Assembly (NCBI GenBank): GCA_010909165.1
Contig: MU008159.1
Location: forward strand, 1,922,001-1,986,000
DNA: 64,000 bases
Reading direction: 5' to 3'
Source of the DNA: Anthoceros angustus
Taxonomy: Eukaryota > Plantae > Anthocerotophyta
Below the pieces are notes generated by a model that worked only from the letters and a program-made list of their open reading frames with translations, had not been told where the DNA came from and did not search any database. Both the position numbers and the translations under genes were made by a program. Positions 1 through 11,955 of this stretch are shown piece by piece (the first letter of the stretch is position 1; each line of letters opens with the position of its first letter).

Positions 1-2
1 GC

Positions 3-215
3 GATGACGACGATGGGGATGAAGGTGGCGACGCAGCAGATGATGACGATGATAAGGGAGATGACGATGATGAAGATGGGGACGACGACGATGATGGGGA
101 GCCTGATGACGAAGCTGGTCCAGATGAGGATGATGACGACGATGAAGATGAGGATGATGATGACGATGAGGAGGAAGAGGACGAGACTCCAAAGTCGAAG
201 AAAACAAAGCGCTGA
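3..215 (+). CDS. 3' end of a highly acidic (Asp/Glu-rich) protein with C-terminal basic NLS-like tail (histone-chaperone/prothymosin-like architecture); 5' part outside window
   Basis: Frame starting at 3 reads DDDDGDEGGDAADDDDDKGDD...DDDEEEEDETPKSKKTKR* with TGA at 213-215; followed by T-rich 3'UTR-like sequence. The ORF track's 4..243 is the shadow frame. Confidence 0.8.
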   Translation, partial: DDDDGDEGGDAADDDDDKGDDDDEDGDDDDDGEPDDEAGPDEDDDDDEDEDDDDDEEEEDETPKSKKTKR

Positions 216-1545
216 GAAGCAGCTTCTCCTGGTGGCAAAGTAGTTGTCTCTAGAGCTGTGGCTTCGGCGTACTTACTTTCAATTTCTTTCTTTTTTGTCC
301 TTACGACATGTCCCTGGTACCGTCCAAGAGAACTGTTAGCATCGATGAAAGGTCTCGAGCCAGGGCAGCAATGTTCTGAAGAGGCAGTGTTAGACTTTAT
401 GCTTCGTTAAATGCTGGCTGTACTCAGGAGGTAGATCCTGGTTTGGGCTATTAGTTGTCGCTAGTTTTGCATTTGGCAAGGAGTTAGTGAATCTGTGGAG
501 GACTCAATACTAGTGGTAGATAGGTGTGGTTTGGGAACTTACGATACATGAGGTGGTAATGCCATGCCTACCATGGGACCAGTCTGGGCTTAGGTAGAAC
601 ACTATAGCAATGCCTGAATCGATTTCCGCCGCAGTTACCTTGGCGGTTCAGCATTGCTGTGGCGCTCTGTTTGTTGTTTGGATGTTTGATGGTCCTTAAT
701 GGTCAACTTCTTTTGCCTATGTCTGGTTCTGTTTATGCTCCTGGTCGTAAACCTCACAAGTTGTTTCCAAGCCGGCTGTCTGTGCCCATTGAAAACGTTT
801 TTTCACATGTTCGCATTGCAGTGTCTCAAGCTTTTATGTCTGCATGCGAACAACGTCTGATGTGAAGCATGCATGTCAGGTTTCAAATGCGAACGCTTGC
901 AAATTGGCACCCTATGCAGTGGGATGTCGTATGAAGAAACTGGTGCAGACCGCTTATGCTGAGCAAGTACATATCCACAGCATATCTACAACGAGGGTAT
1001 GAATCAATAATTGTCTACCTTGGCACGCCCGGAACCAACCATCCAACAACATAAAGATGTATTGCAATCTCTGCCTCAAAATCAAAGAGACTAGAATTGA
1101 AGAATATGGACAGACCTGCAAGGTCATGAAGTTAATGACCTGCGAAAAATCGCAAGGTGTTAGAGATACCGAGCAGGTTCTCGCGAATCTGGTGTACTAC
1201 ATAATCTGGAGCCTTAGGCATCAAATGGCGCTACTTTCCTCAAATTTGTAGTGCTTGGCTTGCTACAGTAGATCTAAGAAAAACTCAGACTTAAATGAAA
1301 CCTTCAAATCCCGCAAAAGAACAACCTAAAATGTAATCCTCAGATCTGAGAGTCGTGGCAAAGTGTCTGTCACGGATGGCAGGGGCAGTGAATCTGTGAT
1401 AGTAACGTTGCGGCAAGTAGGGTGCACCTGTCAAGACACGCCTTCATTGTCCGTCGAACGGTTGTTGCCATTTTTAGACTGAAGTCTGAGAAAGACAGGC
1501 TTGAGGAGGGAGGGACCTAGGAAAGGAAGTCGAGGATTTGGACAA

Positions 1546-2751
1546 TCAATTGCATTGATACCATGGACGTGAAATCTGCCTACCAGCCTTGGCCGGGCAA
1601 GGTGTTCCTCCTGGAGGGGTGAAACAGTTGTACTGGGTACACAAGGAAGACACGAAGGGGACACTAGAACCTAAGGAAAAAGATGTGAGATAGTTGTGCT
1701 GAATGTACAGATTCTTGAGAGATCCTGCAAGCAAGCCATTTGTATATTCACCAGGCACGGGCCCAGCAAAGAAATTGTTGTTCACATACAGGCTCTCCAC
1801 TGTCGCTAAATACGGGGACAGGCTTCCTGTGAACTTGTTATTGCTGAGATCGACTTCACTTATGAAAACAGGTCCTGATGGGTTGATAGAACCGGAGAAC
1901 AAGTTTCGGTGAAGCAGGAGGTAGTTGAGAGGGAAGCTGAAAATTTGCTGAGGCAGAGAGCCAGTGAAGAGATTCCGACCCAGATCAAGGTACTCGAGGT
2001 TGGAAAGACTGCCTATGACATCGATGCTACCAGTCATGCCGTTCTTGAGAACAGAGAAGAAGCGGAGGGAATTGGGGAGGTATCCAGGAAGGGTGCCTGA
2101 CAGGGCGTTCTTAGACAAATCCAAATGAGACAGCCTGGAGGAGGTGAAGGAAGGAATGCTGCCACCAAGATTGTTATGAGCCAGATCGACAGAGATGAGA
2201 GACGGGGCATTGGCAAGACCTTGAGGGATGGAGCCAGAGAAATGGTTGGAGCTGAGATCCAGGTACTCGAGATTCTGACAATTCTGGAGGCTGTTGGGAA
2301 TGCTGCCTACGAGGCGGTTGTTAGAGAGGCCCAGAAACTGGAGAGAGCTCAAGGAGCCGATAGAGTCAGGAATGACCCCCGAGACCTGGCCCGGAGCAAT
2401 GGAGAGCTGAGTGAGAGCATTGAGGTTCCCAATGGACCAGGGAATCTGGCCCGATAGCCCTCCGTTAGCAGAGCCCAGGGACAGAATCACGATTCTGCTG
2501 ATGCCGGAAGACTCAGCGCAGGAGACACCAACGAAGAAATTGCAGGGAGCGAAGTCGAAGTCCCACGTCTGCAGGAACTGAGTACCTGGGAGGTCGCTCA
2601 TGGACTGCTTGATATCCAGCAGCACTTGCAAGTCGGGAGGATTCAGCTGCGCCCGCGCCAGCGGCGCAGCCAGGGCCAGGGCCAGAGCCATCGCCAGCGC
2701 CAGGATGGGCGCCACGGAACTCCACCAATCGCAAAATCTGCTGCTCTCCAT
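1546..2751 (-). CDS. Secreted extracellular leucine-rich repeat protein (plant eLRR, no transmembrane or kinase domain), intronless, 401 aa
   Basis: Hydrophobic signal peptide (LALAMALALALAAPLARAQ), LRRNT cap (WDF...PCNFFVGVSC), about ten LxxLxLxxNxLxGxIP repeats, Cys-rich C-terminal cap (LYIQHNYL...LCTQYNCFTPPGGTPCP...QCN). Confidence 0.95.
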   Translation of the reverse strand: MESSRFCDWWSSVAPILALAMALALALAAPLARAQLNPPDLQVLLDIKQSMSDLPGTQFLQTWDFDFAPCNFFVGVSCAESSGISRIVILSLGSANGGLSGQIPWSIGNLNALTQLSIAPGQVSGVIPDSIGSLSSLQFLGLSNNRLVGSIPNSLQNCQNLEYLDLSSNHFSGSIPQGLANAPSLISVDLAHNNLGGSIPSFTSSRLSHLDLSKNALSGTLPGYLPNSLRFFSVLKNGMTGSIDVIGSLSNLEYLDLGRNLFTGSLPQQIFSFPLNYLLLHRNLFSGSINPSGPVFISEVDLSNNKFTGSLSPYLATVESLYVNNNFFAGPVPGEYTNGLLAGSLKNLYIQHNYLTSFSLGSSVPFVSSLCTQYNCFTPPGGTPCPAKAGRQISRPWYQCN

Positions 2752-3990
2752 ACTTCCAATCTGCAGGCAACAGATAAAGACAAGACAAAACGAGCTTAGA
2801 GGTCTCCTTCCCCACAGCAGCGAGCACCCTCAGCATGCATTCCAATGCAGATGAAACCAAAACCGCAACAACACACATTCAAATTGGTCCAATGCAAGCC
2901 CCGACCTCTCAGCTCCTCCGCGGGAAGCTTCAGACAGCGTCGTACGCAACGCGCTCCCAGACGCCGCGGCCCGTCCCTTCAAATCCGGCTACAGCAGAAA
3001 ATTTCGCAATGCAGAGGCTCAGAGAATGCGGGCTTGCAGCTGAGAGGGAGCAAAAACCGGCAGCCTCCCGCTCCAGCTGAGATCCATCCGCCTCGCCAGG
3101 CCTGTGGCTTCAGAACAACAACTAAGGCCGGGAGAATGGCAAAGGGGTTGTCAGAGAGGGGCAGAGCAGGAGGGGCAAATTCCCGGAGATGGCCGGGTCT
3201 GGAGGCTGCAGACAGGGAAGCAGCGGGAGGAGAGCGAGGCGGGCAGGCGAGCAGCGAGCAGGCTGGCTGGCACCAGGGTGCCGTATTGTGTCAGGCGGGA
3301 CAGCGGAGGATCGCCAAGAGAAAATTGCGAGAAAAAGGCAAAGGCGGAGGAGGGGACGAGGCAGGTGGGAGGGGAGGACTGCTCTCTCACACAGTACATA
3401 CAGCAATTGGTGGTGTGTAAGAGGCCTTTGCGCTTGGCATAACCTCACCTGATTGCAGCACCTGCGAGCCAGCCTTATATGTACATATGTATGAAGGGTG
3501 CAGGAGAGGACGGGGAGTCCCAGCGGCAGGACGGCGCCTTTACGGGCTCCGTTCCGTTCCGTGGCCCCCGCTGCGCGTGGCGTGGCCGGGCGACAGTCCT
3601 GTGCCGCATAAAACAGGGTGCATAATGCGGCCATCCAGCCCCGCGCGGCCAGCGAGGCGTCAAACGGAACGGGAGGCAAGTTGCAACAGCGCGAGAGCGC
3701 GAGATCCGGGCGGATCAATCCGTCCGCTCAAATCATGATCCCCGAGGCGATTATGACGAAATAGCCTTGATCGCGTTGCATGATAAACTTAGAACCGGCG
3801 TCGCGACCCGGCTCGCGAGGAGTGTGTGTGGTGCGAGCTCGCAGCTACAGCTGGGGCCTGGGCGCGCCTGGGCGCGCCTGGGCTGGGGCCCAGCTGGTCG
3901 GGAGAGCCAGCAGGCCTGAGCTACCGACAGAGCGGCGAGGGGCTCGATCGCATCCGGGCCCGGCGCGCAGCGTCTCCCAGGCCAGGACTC

Positions 3991-4040
3991 CAGGACGCAG
4001 GACGCAGGACGCAGGACGTAGGACGCAGGCCGCAGGCCGC
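3991..4040 (+). repeat. 7-bp tandem repeat (CAGGACG)n
   Basis: caggacg caggacg caggacg caggacg taggacg caggccg caggccg. Confidence 0.9.
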
Positions 4041-4529
4041 GGAAACGCAGCCAGTGGCAGCCAGTCGACGGCGACGACACAATGCCGACGCGACGCGCTC
4101 TGGAGCTCAAGCCTGCTGCCTGACACCACCGCCGATGCGGCATGGCATGCGGCAGCGCGCCTCAAGGAATCGCACAGGCGTCAGTCGGACCAAGAGTTTT
4201 GCGTAAAGCACGCCGGCTTCGGGAATTGAAATTATGAACGCACCTTATCAGCAGCCGCATCATCTCGCACGGCCCCTTGCTCATCTCCCGCCACCTGGTG
4301 CCCGCCGCTGGTACAGGTTACAGCCAACCCTGTGAAACATCCATCCATGCATCCATCAACGTTGCCCCGCAAGGCGTATGCCATGCCCTAACCCGGTCCC
4401 TGCTCCCCTGCTCCCCTGCTCCGGGACTCCAAGCCCTAGAACGCCATAGCCGTGGACGGGACGTCTCCGCTTCCAAGCTCTTGAGATAAATTCCACCATC
4501 AACTCTGCAACGGAAAGGAGCTATTCCCG

Positions 4530-4555
4530 GGTGGTGGTGGTGGTGGTGGTGGTGG
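4530..4555 (+). repeat. (GGT)n microsatellite
   Basis: About 8 GGT units. Confidence 0.9.
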
Positions 4556-5043
4556 CAGTGGCAGTAACAGTGGCAGGCTCGAGCTACGGCGCCTTCTCCA
4601 CCACGAACGGGACGGCCCAGTTTAGAGCCTCTTAAACTCCCACCTGTCTGCACCGCGAACAGGTGGCCTTCTCTCATCACGCACCAGTCAGGAGGGGTAC
4701 AGCCTGCAGCAGGCTTCTGCAGCTCTGCTTCGCATTCACGAATGTGCCACATGCCGCGGTTTACTCCAGCCCTGGCCTCCATGCTGCTCCAATCAATGGT
4801 TTTAAATGCAAACAACAGGAGGAAAGGCCGATCGGGCCTGCCTGGCTCGCTTACCTAATACCTACCAACTAGACTACTGCCTTGCAGGCCACTCATCTCC
4901 TCCCGTGGACCGGCGGAGCGTCCAACAAATTTCTTGACATTTTCAACCACCTGGAGGCCTGGATGCTGCTTGCACCTTGCACCGCACATTCACACTGGAA
5001 TAAAAAAAATTCAAAAACAAAATCCGCAAAGACAGCAAGGGAC

Positions 5044-5918
5044 ATGGGACGGGGCGCTGCTGGCCTGGTTGTTGTTGTTGTTTTGTGCGCCAATGCGCGG
5101 AAAGCAGCAGCAGTAGCTGTCGTCGCCGTCCTTGCACCTTACGCCAAGGCTGACGATCTGCCTGCCCCAAGCCCGAGTCCCGCGTACTACCCGCCATTCC
5201 CTCGCCTCTCTCGGTGGGAGCGTCGTCCAGTAAAGAAACCCGGGCCGCGTCGTGGTTCGACGCCCGACCCGGCCCGGGCTCCCAAACGGATGTCCGCCAT
5301 TTCAAAACCTCCAACCTGGTTCAAACGCCCGCAGGAATTCGCGGCTTCTGCCGGCGGGTCGATCGAGGGAAAAGCCCTAGTCGTCACAGCGTCCGGCAAC
5401 GTTGGCAGGCCCTTGCCCACCGGCCAGCCGCGTGCGGAGCGGGGAACGGAGTCCGTTTCCGCGGTTCTGTGGAATGTTCGTCTGCATTTAATGCTGGAGT
5501 TTGGCAGCCTGAAATGGTTATGATAGGAGGCGGACACTACGTACATACTGCAATACTGTTAGAAGGGGTAGACGCGCAAGGGCTTGAGCTGCAACAGGAG
5601 GAAGGGATAACAGGGGGTATGGATTCTTGGAATCCGATGCAAACAGGGGTGCAACCAGGCGCACCCACAAGGCATGCTGAGGCATCTTTGCCTGACACGA
5701 ACCGGCGACTTCTGGAGCAAGCACATTCTCCCACACCATGGTCTCCAGGGTTTTGCAGCCTTTGCAGTGAGCACCAACAGTATGGCACACACCCACCAGC
5801 CTGCTGCTGCGTGCGTGGTCCCGGCTCCCCGATTCCGAGCCCGGGCCCCCAACATGTTGCATGGGATGCCGGACATGGCCTGCCGATGCCAATCACGCTG
5901 TCTCCTTGTACAGCGTAA
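5044..5918 (+). CDS. Candidate two-exon secreted Pro-rich precursor with RRLL site and C-terminal 6-Cys segment (exons 5044-5463, 5508-5918)
   Basis: ATG 5044, hydrophobic N-terminus (GLVVVVVLCANA...AVAVVAVLA), APSPSP motif. A phase-0 44-nt GT..AG intron (5464-5507, ending ttggcag) would join to ...NRRLLEQAHSPTPWSPGFCSLC...ACCCVRGPGSPIPSPGP...PCTA*. Donor site is weak. Confidence 0.3.
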
Positions 5919-6523
5919 TGGCGTTCTCATGAGGGCTTGTGTAACGCGTTAGGGCTCGATGGCTTCTCTCCTCCAACACTCTTATCACTTTGCCCAGCCA
6001 GGCTACGGGTTTAGGGGTACAGCATAAGCCAGACAGCCCAGGAGCCAATGGGGTCGCGTCTACGGCTAGGGTACAGTACATCCAGTGTTTGAGAGCAGCT
6101 GGCCCTGTTGACCACGGACGAATTAGGGTAGCGAGGATGCTAGACAGGAGAAACCAAGCACAAGAGCACAGGGAGGAACGTGCGCCCTGCGCACTGCGCA
6201 CTGCGCACTGCGGGAGTCTGCTGCCCATGGAACGAAGCACCGCAGCAGAAGTACAATCCTGGGCCCTGATCTCGGATACGATACGCATCGTCTCGCCTCC
6301 TGCCTATTTTATTACCGCCCTGATTCGCATCAGCTCCTCTTTATGGCCACTCGCGAGCCTCGACACCCAATGCCTGCAGTTTCATGCTTGAATTACTGCA
6401 CAAGGCAGACCTTAAGTACACGGCGATTGCAGGCTCCGATTTACATTCTCGGGGGGTGGTACTTCCAGGATCTCCCACGTTTCATCTTATCTCCGCTTCT
6501 CCACATGGTACAAACTTCATCTA

Positions 6524-6556
6524 GTATGGATGTATGGATGTATGGATGTATGTATG
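6524..6556 (+). repeat. (GTATGGAT)n short tandem repeat
   Basis: gtatggat x3 decaying into gtatgtatg. Confidence 0.8.
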
Positions 6557-6599
6557 TGGTATGTAGTATTTCCCCGACTCTCCATGCCCATCTATCCTT

Positions 6600-7900
6600 G
6601 TTGCACCTCTACATCGAATGAAGATCTCCTCACACGCTTATGACTGCTGAAAGCTGAGGACTGTCGAGCAGTTGCACCATGTGGCTAGATGGACATTGGC
6701 AGATGGAAGACCTTATCCTACTGCCAGAAACAAGCAACCTGAAATTCCTTCAGCTTACAAATACCGAGGAACAGTTCCTAGGTAGTAATCTTTTCAGCCA
6801 AGGCTATGTGGAGACCCTGTGAGCGTCCGTCTGACTCATTCTCAAAATGCCAATCATTCCTATATCAAACTCCGTGCTTCGTTCCAACTCGCATTTTGAG
6901 AATGAGTGCACGGAGCCTATGTGGAGATCCTGTGAGCGTCCGTTTTGAAAATGCCAATCAGAGTTGCAGCTGCAGGTCCAATTGCACTCCTTTGGAAGGA
7001 CTGACCTCTGCTGCAATCCAACTTTAGAAGTAACTTATAAGCGTGATCCCGCCGATGTCCCAGTGGTAAGACTGATCATATGTGAAATATTCAAGATACT
7101 GTACGAGGAGGATGGATCCGAAAACCCAGGGTCGAAGCGTGTTGGTACAATCTCTCCGAAACTGCTCATCAGGAAAGGATGGCCAGTGTGACATGTGGTT
7201 GCCCTTCTTCATTGGTAGTCGTGGCCAGAATTTCAAATTTGGAATTTCTGGCTTTGCGGGCTGGATAGCTTCAGGGCCAGGCCGACGGAGGAACTTGCAG
7301 GTTTGGAGATTGTGCCTGGGCTCCAAGAAAACTGCAGGCCTGCAAAACTGGGTATCAGATCCAACCAGACTTTTCTCATGAACCTCTGGCGAGGTTGGTG
7401 CAATTTGATAGGATATGATGAATGTTCCCATGACCTAGACGTCATGTTAAGTCCTCAAGCCGATGTCACACGTACCCTGCCTGCGTTCTCGTAAGGACAA
7501 TCCTCAGGGCATAGGTCAGCCCTCGCAGGTGAGCACTTCCAGTCATGGGGCCTGAGGTAAGCATGCCCGAGTTCCTGTTCCACAAGCGCTGAGTCATGTG
7601 AATCATGGTGCACGATCAGGCCAAGGGCTTCCTCGAAGGATACTCCACAACAACATCCAGCAAAGCCCATTCCTATTCCAAAAACGGTGCCTCAAGATCA
7701 GTAGGCGGAATTTTGACAATTACCTTGTATTTGCTTACATCACCACGCAGACATGCCACTCCATCACCAACCTGAATCCCTTATGCTCTTCTCACACACT
7801 GCCTTGCATGCTTCACACACCTTGTCTTGGACAGATCTCCAGTGGGCAGAGTTACTCAGCCCTCGTAGATTCATCGCTCAGCCATCACCGGCAGGCGTAG
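6600..7900 (+). pseudogene. Possible decayed intracellular (NLR-type) LRR remnant
   Basis: Broken + strand peptides resembling LxxLxxLxLxxC repeats (LLTRL*LLKAEDC; EDLILLPETSNLKFLQL; EELAGLEIVPGLQENC; QTCHSITNLNPL), many stops; ~50-bp direct repeat at 6803-6858/6917-6960. Confidence 0.25.
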
Positions 7901-8871
7901 ACTGCATCACTCCCGCTCCCCATCCTACTACAGAGGCATGTACTCAAGGAGCATAATCACTGGGCAGAAATGTTCTGCCCTTGATTTAGGAAGGTTTCCA
8001 TAATTCTGTCACCTTCACAAAAATACGAGTGACAAGGGGCAACATAGCTTGAGCATAAAATCACAATGGTGCCTGGACGATCGAGCCATTTCAATAGAAT
8101 ACTGGGAAGTGCTGGGCACATCAGGGACCAGAACAAGTAGTGGACCAGCTGTGGTTGTGTCTCCCTCAAGTGTCAACAAAATGTGAAGAGGGAAGTGTTT
8201 GCCTATAAACTGAAGTCGAAGAAGGGACCAAATCAAAGAGCTGCAGCCAGCCTTGCTGCTGGTGCTGCTGCATCTTTTCTTTCAAGTGAGATGGATGGCA
8301 TTTGAAGAAACCTTCTCAGCATCCTTGAATGCGTCCTCCAATTATACCTTCAGCTTCACCTTCCCGTTGTCCAGCTTCTTCTTCCCTAACTGCATGTTGG
8401 AAAGTAGCCGTCTCATACTTATTTCTCCAACGTGCCAAGGAACAATAGCTTACAACGTGCCAAATGGCTTAGGCCAAATGGACACATATTTATAAGAACA
8501 TCTTAAGCATTAGATCGGTACTTAGATGGGGTGCCTAAAGGGAGTGGATGCCCTTAGTGCAAGTAGCTTAGGCACACCATGGTACAAGTTGACGCCTTGC
8601 CCCGGAGCATCGATTGCGAGCGGACGGCCAAAAAAGAACCCACCTTGCTGTCTTGCTTCCAGCTTGGGCATCCCTCCCCTTCTGCCGCTGCTCTAGACGA
8701 GGCGACCGCATTGTGTGGACGGGTTGGCAGACGCTGCCAAACTTGCGTCCAAACTTGCTTGAGCACTTTTGGCGTGGCTGGAAGCTCCACTTGCCGGTGC
8801 TTCCTCCCTTGGGCGTGATGGCGGCCGCGCTGTCATTCCATGGCCATAGTCACGGAGTACAAGCTGCGTTT

Positions 8872-8944
8872 GAATATAATGTACGCACATAAATCGCATA
8901 TATAGTGAATATATTATGCGCACATAAATCGCATATATAGACGA
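8872..8944 (+). repeat. ~34-bp tandem duplication at the edge of the TE block
   Basis: cgcacataaatcgcatatatag occurs twice in tandem. Confidence 0.75.
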
Positions 8945-9049
8945 AAATGTTACTTGGGAATATATGAGATTGGTGTCGTTTGGGTCACTTACGTTTTCAA
9001 CACTTAAGATGGTACACCAAAGCGTACATTGACCCTATGATTAAAAGCA

Positions 9050-11955
9050 GATCCAACATGGCGGTACAGCAAGGAACGACAATACCAACGAACTTGAAAC
9101 AATGGACCATAGTGCGGAAAAACTCGATTCGGTCTTGACATTGTTCGAGGTCCGCTTTCATGATGAACAACGGGAGTGGCAACGAGACCTAACACACAAA
9201 ACAAGTCGGGACACGATTTTGATAAGTCCTACAAACTTGCAACAAATCTCAAACACTTACATTGTTAACTTTGCACTCGCAAGTGCGATCTTGGTGACTA
9301 GAAAATACAATTTGAGTCACATTGAGGGCGATTGGCGGAAGAACACCCTTAAATCATCACGCATCCGATTAAGTTCTTCGTTCAAAAGCTCCTGATAGGA
9401 TCGCGTTCACGACAAGGACTCTTCTTTGCGGTACTGTTTTGCTTGACCCGGTCATATCGCAAACCATATCGAGCGTCGAGGAAGGAACATACAAAGGACT
9501 CAAATGTCACAAGCTTTCAAAACATATTACCTTGAGAATCCGGCATCCGTTTTATGGCGGTCACACTTCTCCCGGCCGGAAGGCACGAGCCATCGTCAAG
9601 CGTGTAATCATTGTTACAGCGGCTCTTATTGGTGTAATAGCCAGCCCGGTACTTGACCATGGTCTTCATGAACCTTGACAACATTCCTTTTGAAACACGA
9701 GTTTTGCATACCAAGCCTAGCCAAAAACAAGCAGTTAGTAAATACAAACCACAAAACTTAAGCCCAAATAACAACAAACTTACATTTGATCTTGGGTTAT
9801 CAATCGTTGAATTGAACAAAACCCACAGAATTGATTTTTGTCGTTTTGCAGACCACTTGGGAGAGTGTTCAATATGACTCTAAAAGTTTCGATAACATCC
9901 TGCTCGTAAATCTTGACCTTTTGACGGAAATGCTCACTCTGGTAATTCTTCATGTCCACTTTGTAATTTTTCGAAAGCCGTTCTTGATACGTGCAAATAA
10001 AAGCGAGCTTAATACAGTACATCAAAACGTCAAAGATACAATGAACAAAACAACCAAAACATACTGAACAAAAGGTCCGCCTGAATCTGCTGAAAACGAG
10101 AAGTCCCTGATGAGCAGGTTATGTAACTCTTCACCACCTCGAACTCCAAACCTGGTCGTGCAAAAATATGCACACCTGCAAACAATAGAGGCATAAGGCC
10201 TCCAGGTTTAAAACCATAAATGAACAATCAAGGTGCACCCCCTAAACCAACAATATTACCTTTTTGAGCCCCGCCCAAATGAGCATTGATGATCTCGTGT
10301 GAAAGAATCACGCTCATCATCGAAATCAACTTCACCTCTTTTCGACATGACACAATCCCAAGGTCCTTGCTGATTTTCATGGGCGCAACCAGCACAGGAC
10401 CCATGGAAAATTCCATGAAACATGTTGATCAGGAACATCGAGAACCAAGCGGCTTTGGTTCAGATGCACTTCCTTGTTAAAATTCGGTTAAAACCACGAA
10501 GAAAGACATCAACCGCACAAGAGAGATCAATCGGTCATGTGAAGGAAAGTCGAACTATCAAAATCAACAAGTCAAAAACATCTTGAACAAAAGGTCCGCC
10601 GAATCTGAACGAAGTCCTCGATGAGCGGTTATGTAACTCTTCACCACCTCGAACTCCAAACTGGTCATGCAAAAATATGCACACCGCAAACAATAGAGGC
10701 ATAAGGCCTGTTTAAAACCATAAATGAACAATCAAAGTGCACCCCTAAACCAACAATATTACCTTTTTGAGCCCCGCCCAAATGAGCATTGATGATCTCG
10801 TGTGAAAGAATCGCTCATCATCATCGAAATCAACTTCACCTCTTTTCGACATGACACAATCCCAAGGTCCTTGCTGATTTTCATGGGCGCAACCGCACAG
10901 GACCCATGGAAAATTCCATGAAACATGTTGATCATCGAACATCGTAACCAAGCTTTGGTTCAAGATGCACTTCCTTGTTAAAATTCGGTTAAAACCACGA
11001 AAGAAAGACATCAACCTGAACAAGAGAAAATCAGAAATCAGCCATGTGAAAGGAAAGTCAGAACTATCAAAATCAACAAGTGCAAAAACATCACTACTTA
11101 CGTTTCTGGAGAAAATCTCCTGTTGTCCTTGATTCGAACTTGATGGAAAAAGGATATCAGAATAAGATTCAGATCCTTGTGAGGGATATCCTCAACAGAT
11201 CCCATCCCCGACCCCACTCACTTTCATAAAGGCCACGAGGCGACTTGACACGGTTATTACGCGTTTGGACCTATCCTCCCCACCACTCAAAGCATCATTC
11301 ACGCTCCCTCGGGACTATTGGGTCAAATCCACTCTCTGAAAATTGCTTCATCATCAATTTCCTCCATACCCATGGCAAAGTCATCTTGGGATCATCACAC
11401 TTTAGCCTCTCAAACATATCGAGCACTTCTTGATCAGGGATGACTCCAGGGTCGGGAACCACAGCAGGCATGGAAAAGCGCCCGGCCATAAAAGCATTCA
11501 GCGGCGGCACACAAATCTCTAGACTCAGGGCAGGCTTTGGCGGCCTCACAACCATGGGATCGTCGGTTATCAAGAAATCATTCTCCCCACAAAGCTGGAC
11601 CCCTCTCTCGAGACAACTTTGGGACATAGTTAGTAATCTCTGCAAGAGGACCTTCAACCAATGCCACAGTCAGTGTCCACCTTCTCCTCTTGAACAAAAC
11701 TCAGCGTCGAGCATCCTTCTTGGATGAGAAGTGCCTTGGCGGTTTAGGAATGTCTTTTTTGGGAACTAAATAAGTTCCTTCACTGTGCACCAAGACACCA
11801 TCAACTTTACCATCATCCTGCAGTGGATGGGTTGCAGTATGAAGAACTGCGGATTTGACACGCTGTCTTGTGTACGGCTTAGCCATGACTTCAGCCAAGG
11901 ACCCTTGCTTTTTTCCAGGTCCAGAAGGCCCAGTAGGTTTTCTTTTAGGAGCCAT
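9050..11955 (-). pseudogene. Spliced tyrosine recombinase gene (Crypton/DUF3504-like), copy A; frameshifted as assembled
   Basis: ttgcag|ATG at 11955 (MAPKRK). Exons ~11955-11102, 11015-10763 (duplicate copy ends 10260), 10175-10065, 9990-9784, 9716-9531, 9457-9261, ~9190-9050 with GT..AG introns of ~65-90 nt (two acceptors damaged). Peptides: LNLILISFFHQVRIKDNRRFSPETLMSFFRGFNRIL; CAYFCTTRFGVRGGEELHNLLIRDF; YQERLSKNYK; AWYAK; YYTNKS; HKTDAGFSR|YDR. Confidence 0.8.
10060..11090. repeat. ~510-bp tandem duplication inside YR copy A (exons 2-3)
   Basis: 10065-10580 repeats at 10584-11090; differences mostly at CAG/CTG sites. Confidence 0.85.

Noticed and set aside
4-243. Met/Thr-rich 79-aa ORF from the track
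   Set aside because: Shadow frame of the Asp/Glu-rich CDS in frame 3 (GAT/GAC repeats).
2835-4230. Overlapping GC-rich ORFs upstream of the LRR gene
   Set aside because: No recognisable motifs; more consistent with the 5'UTR and promoter of the LRR gene (pyrimidine-rich on its sense strand).
4318-4815. ORF with poly-His tract
   Set aside because: The His run is just the reverse complement of the (GGT)n microsatellite; no other coding signal.
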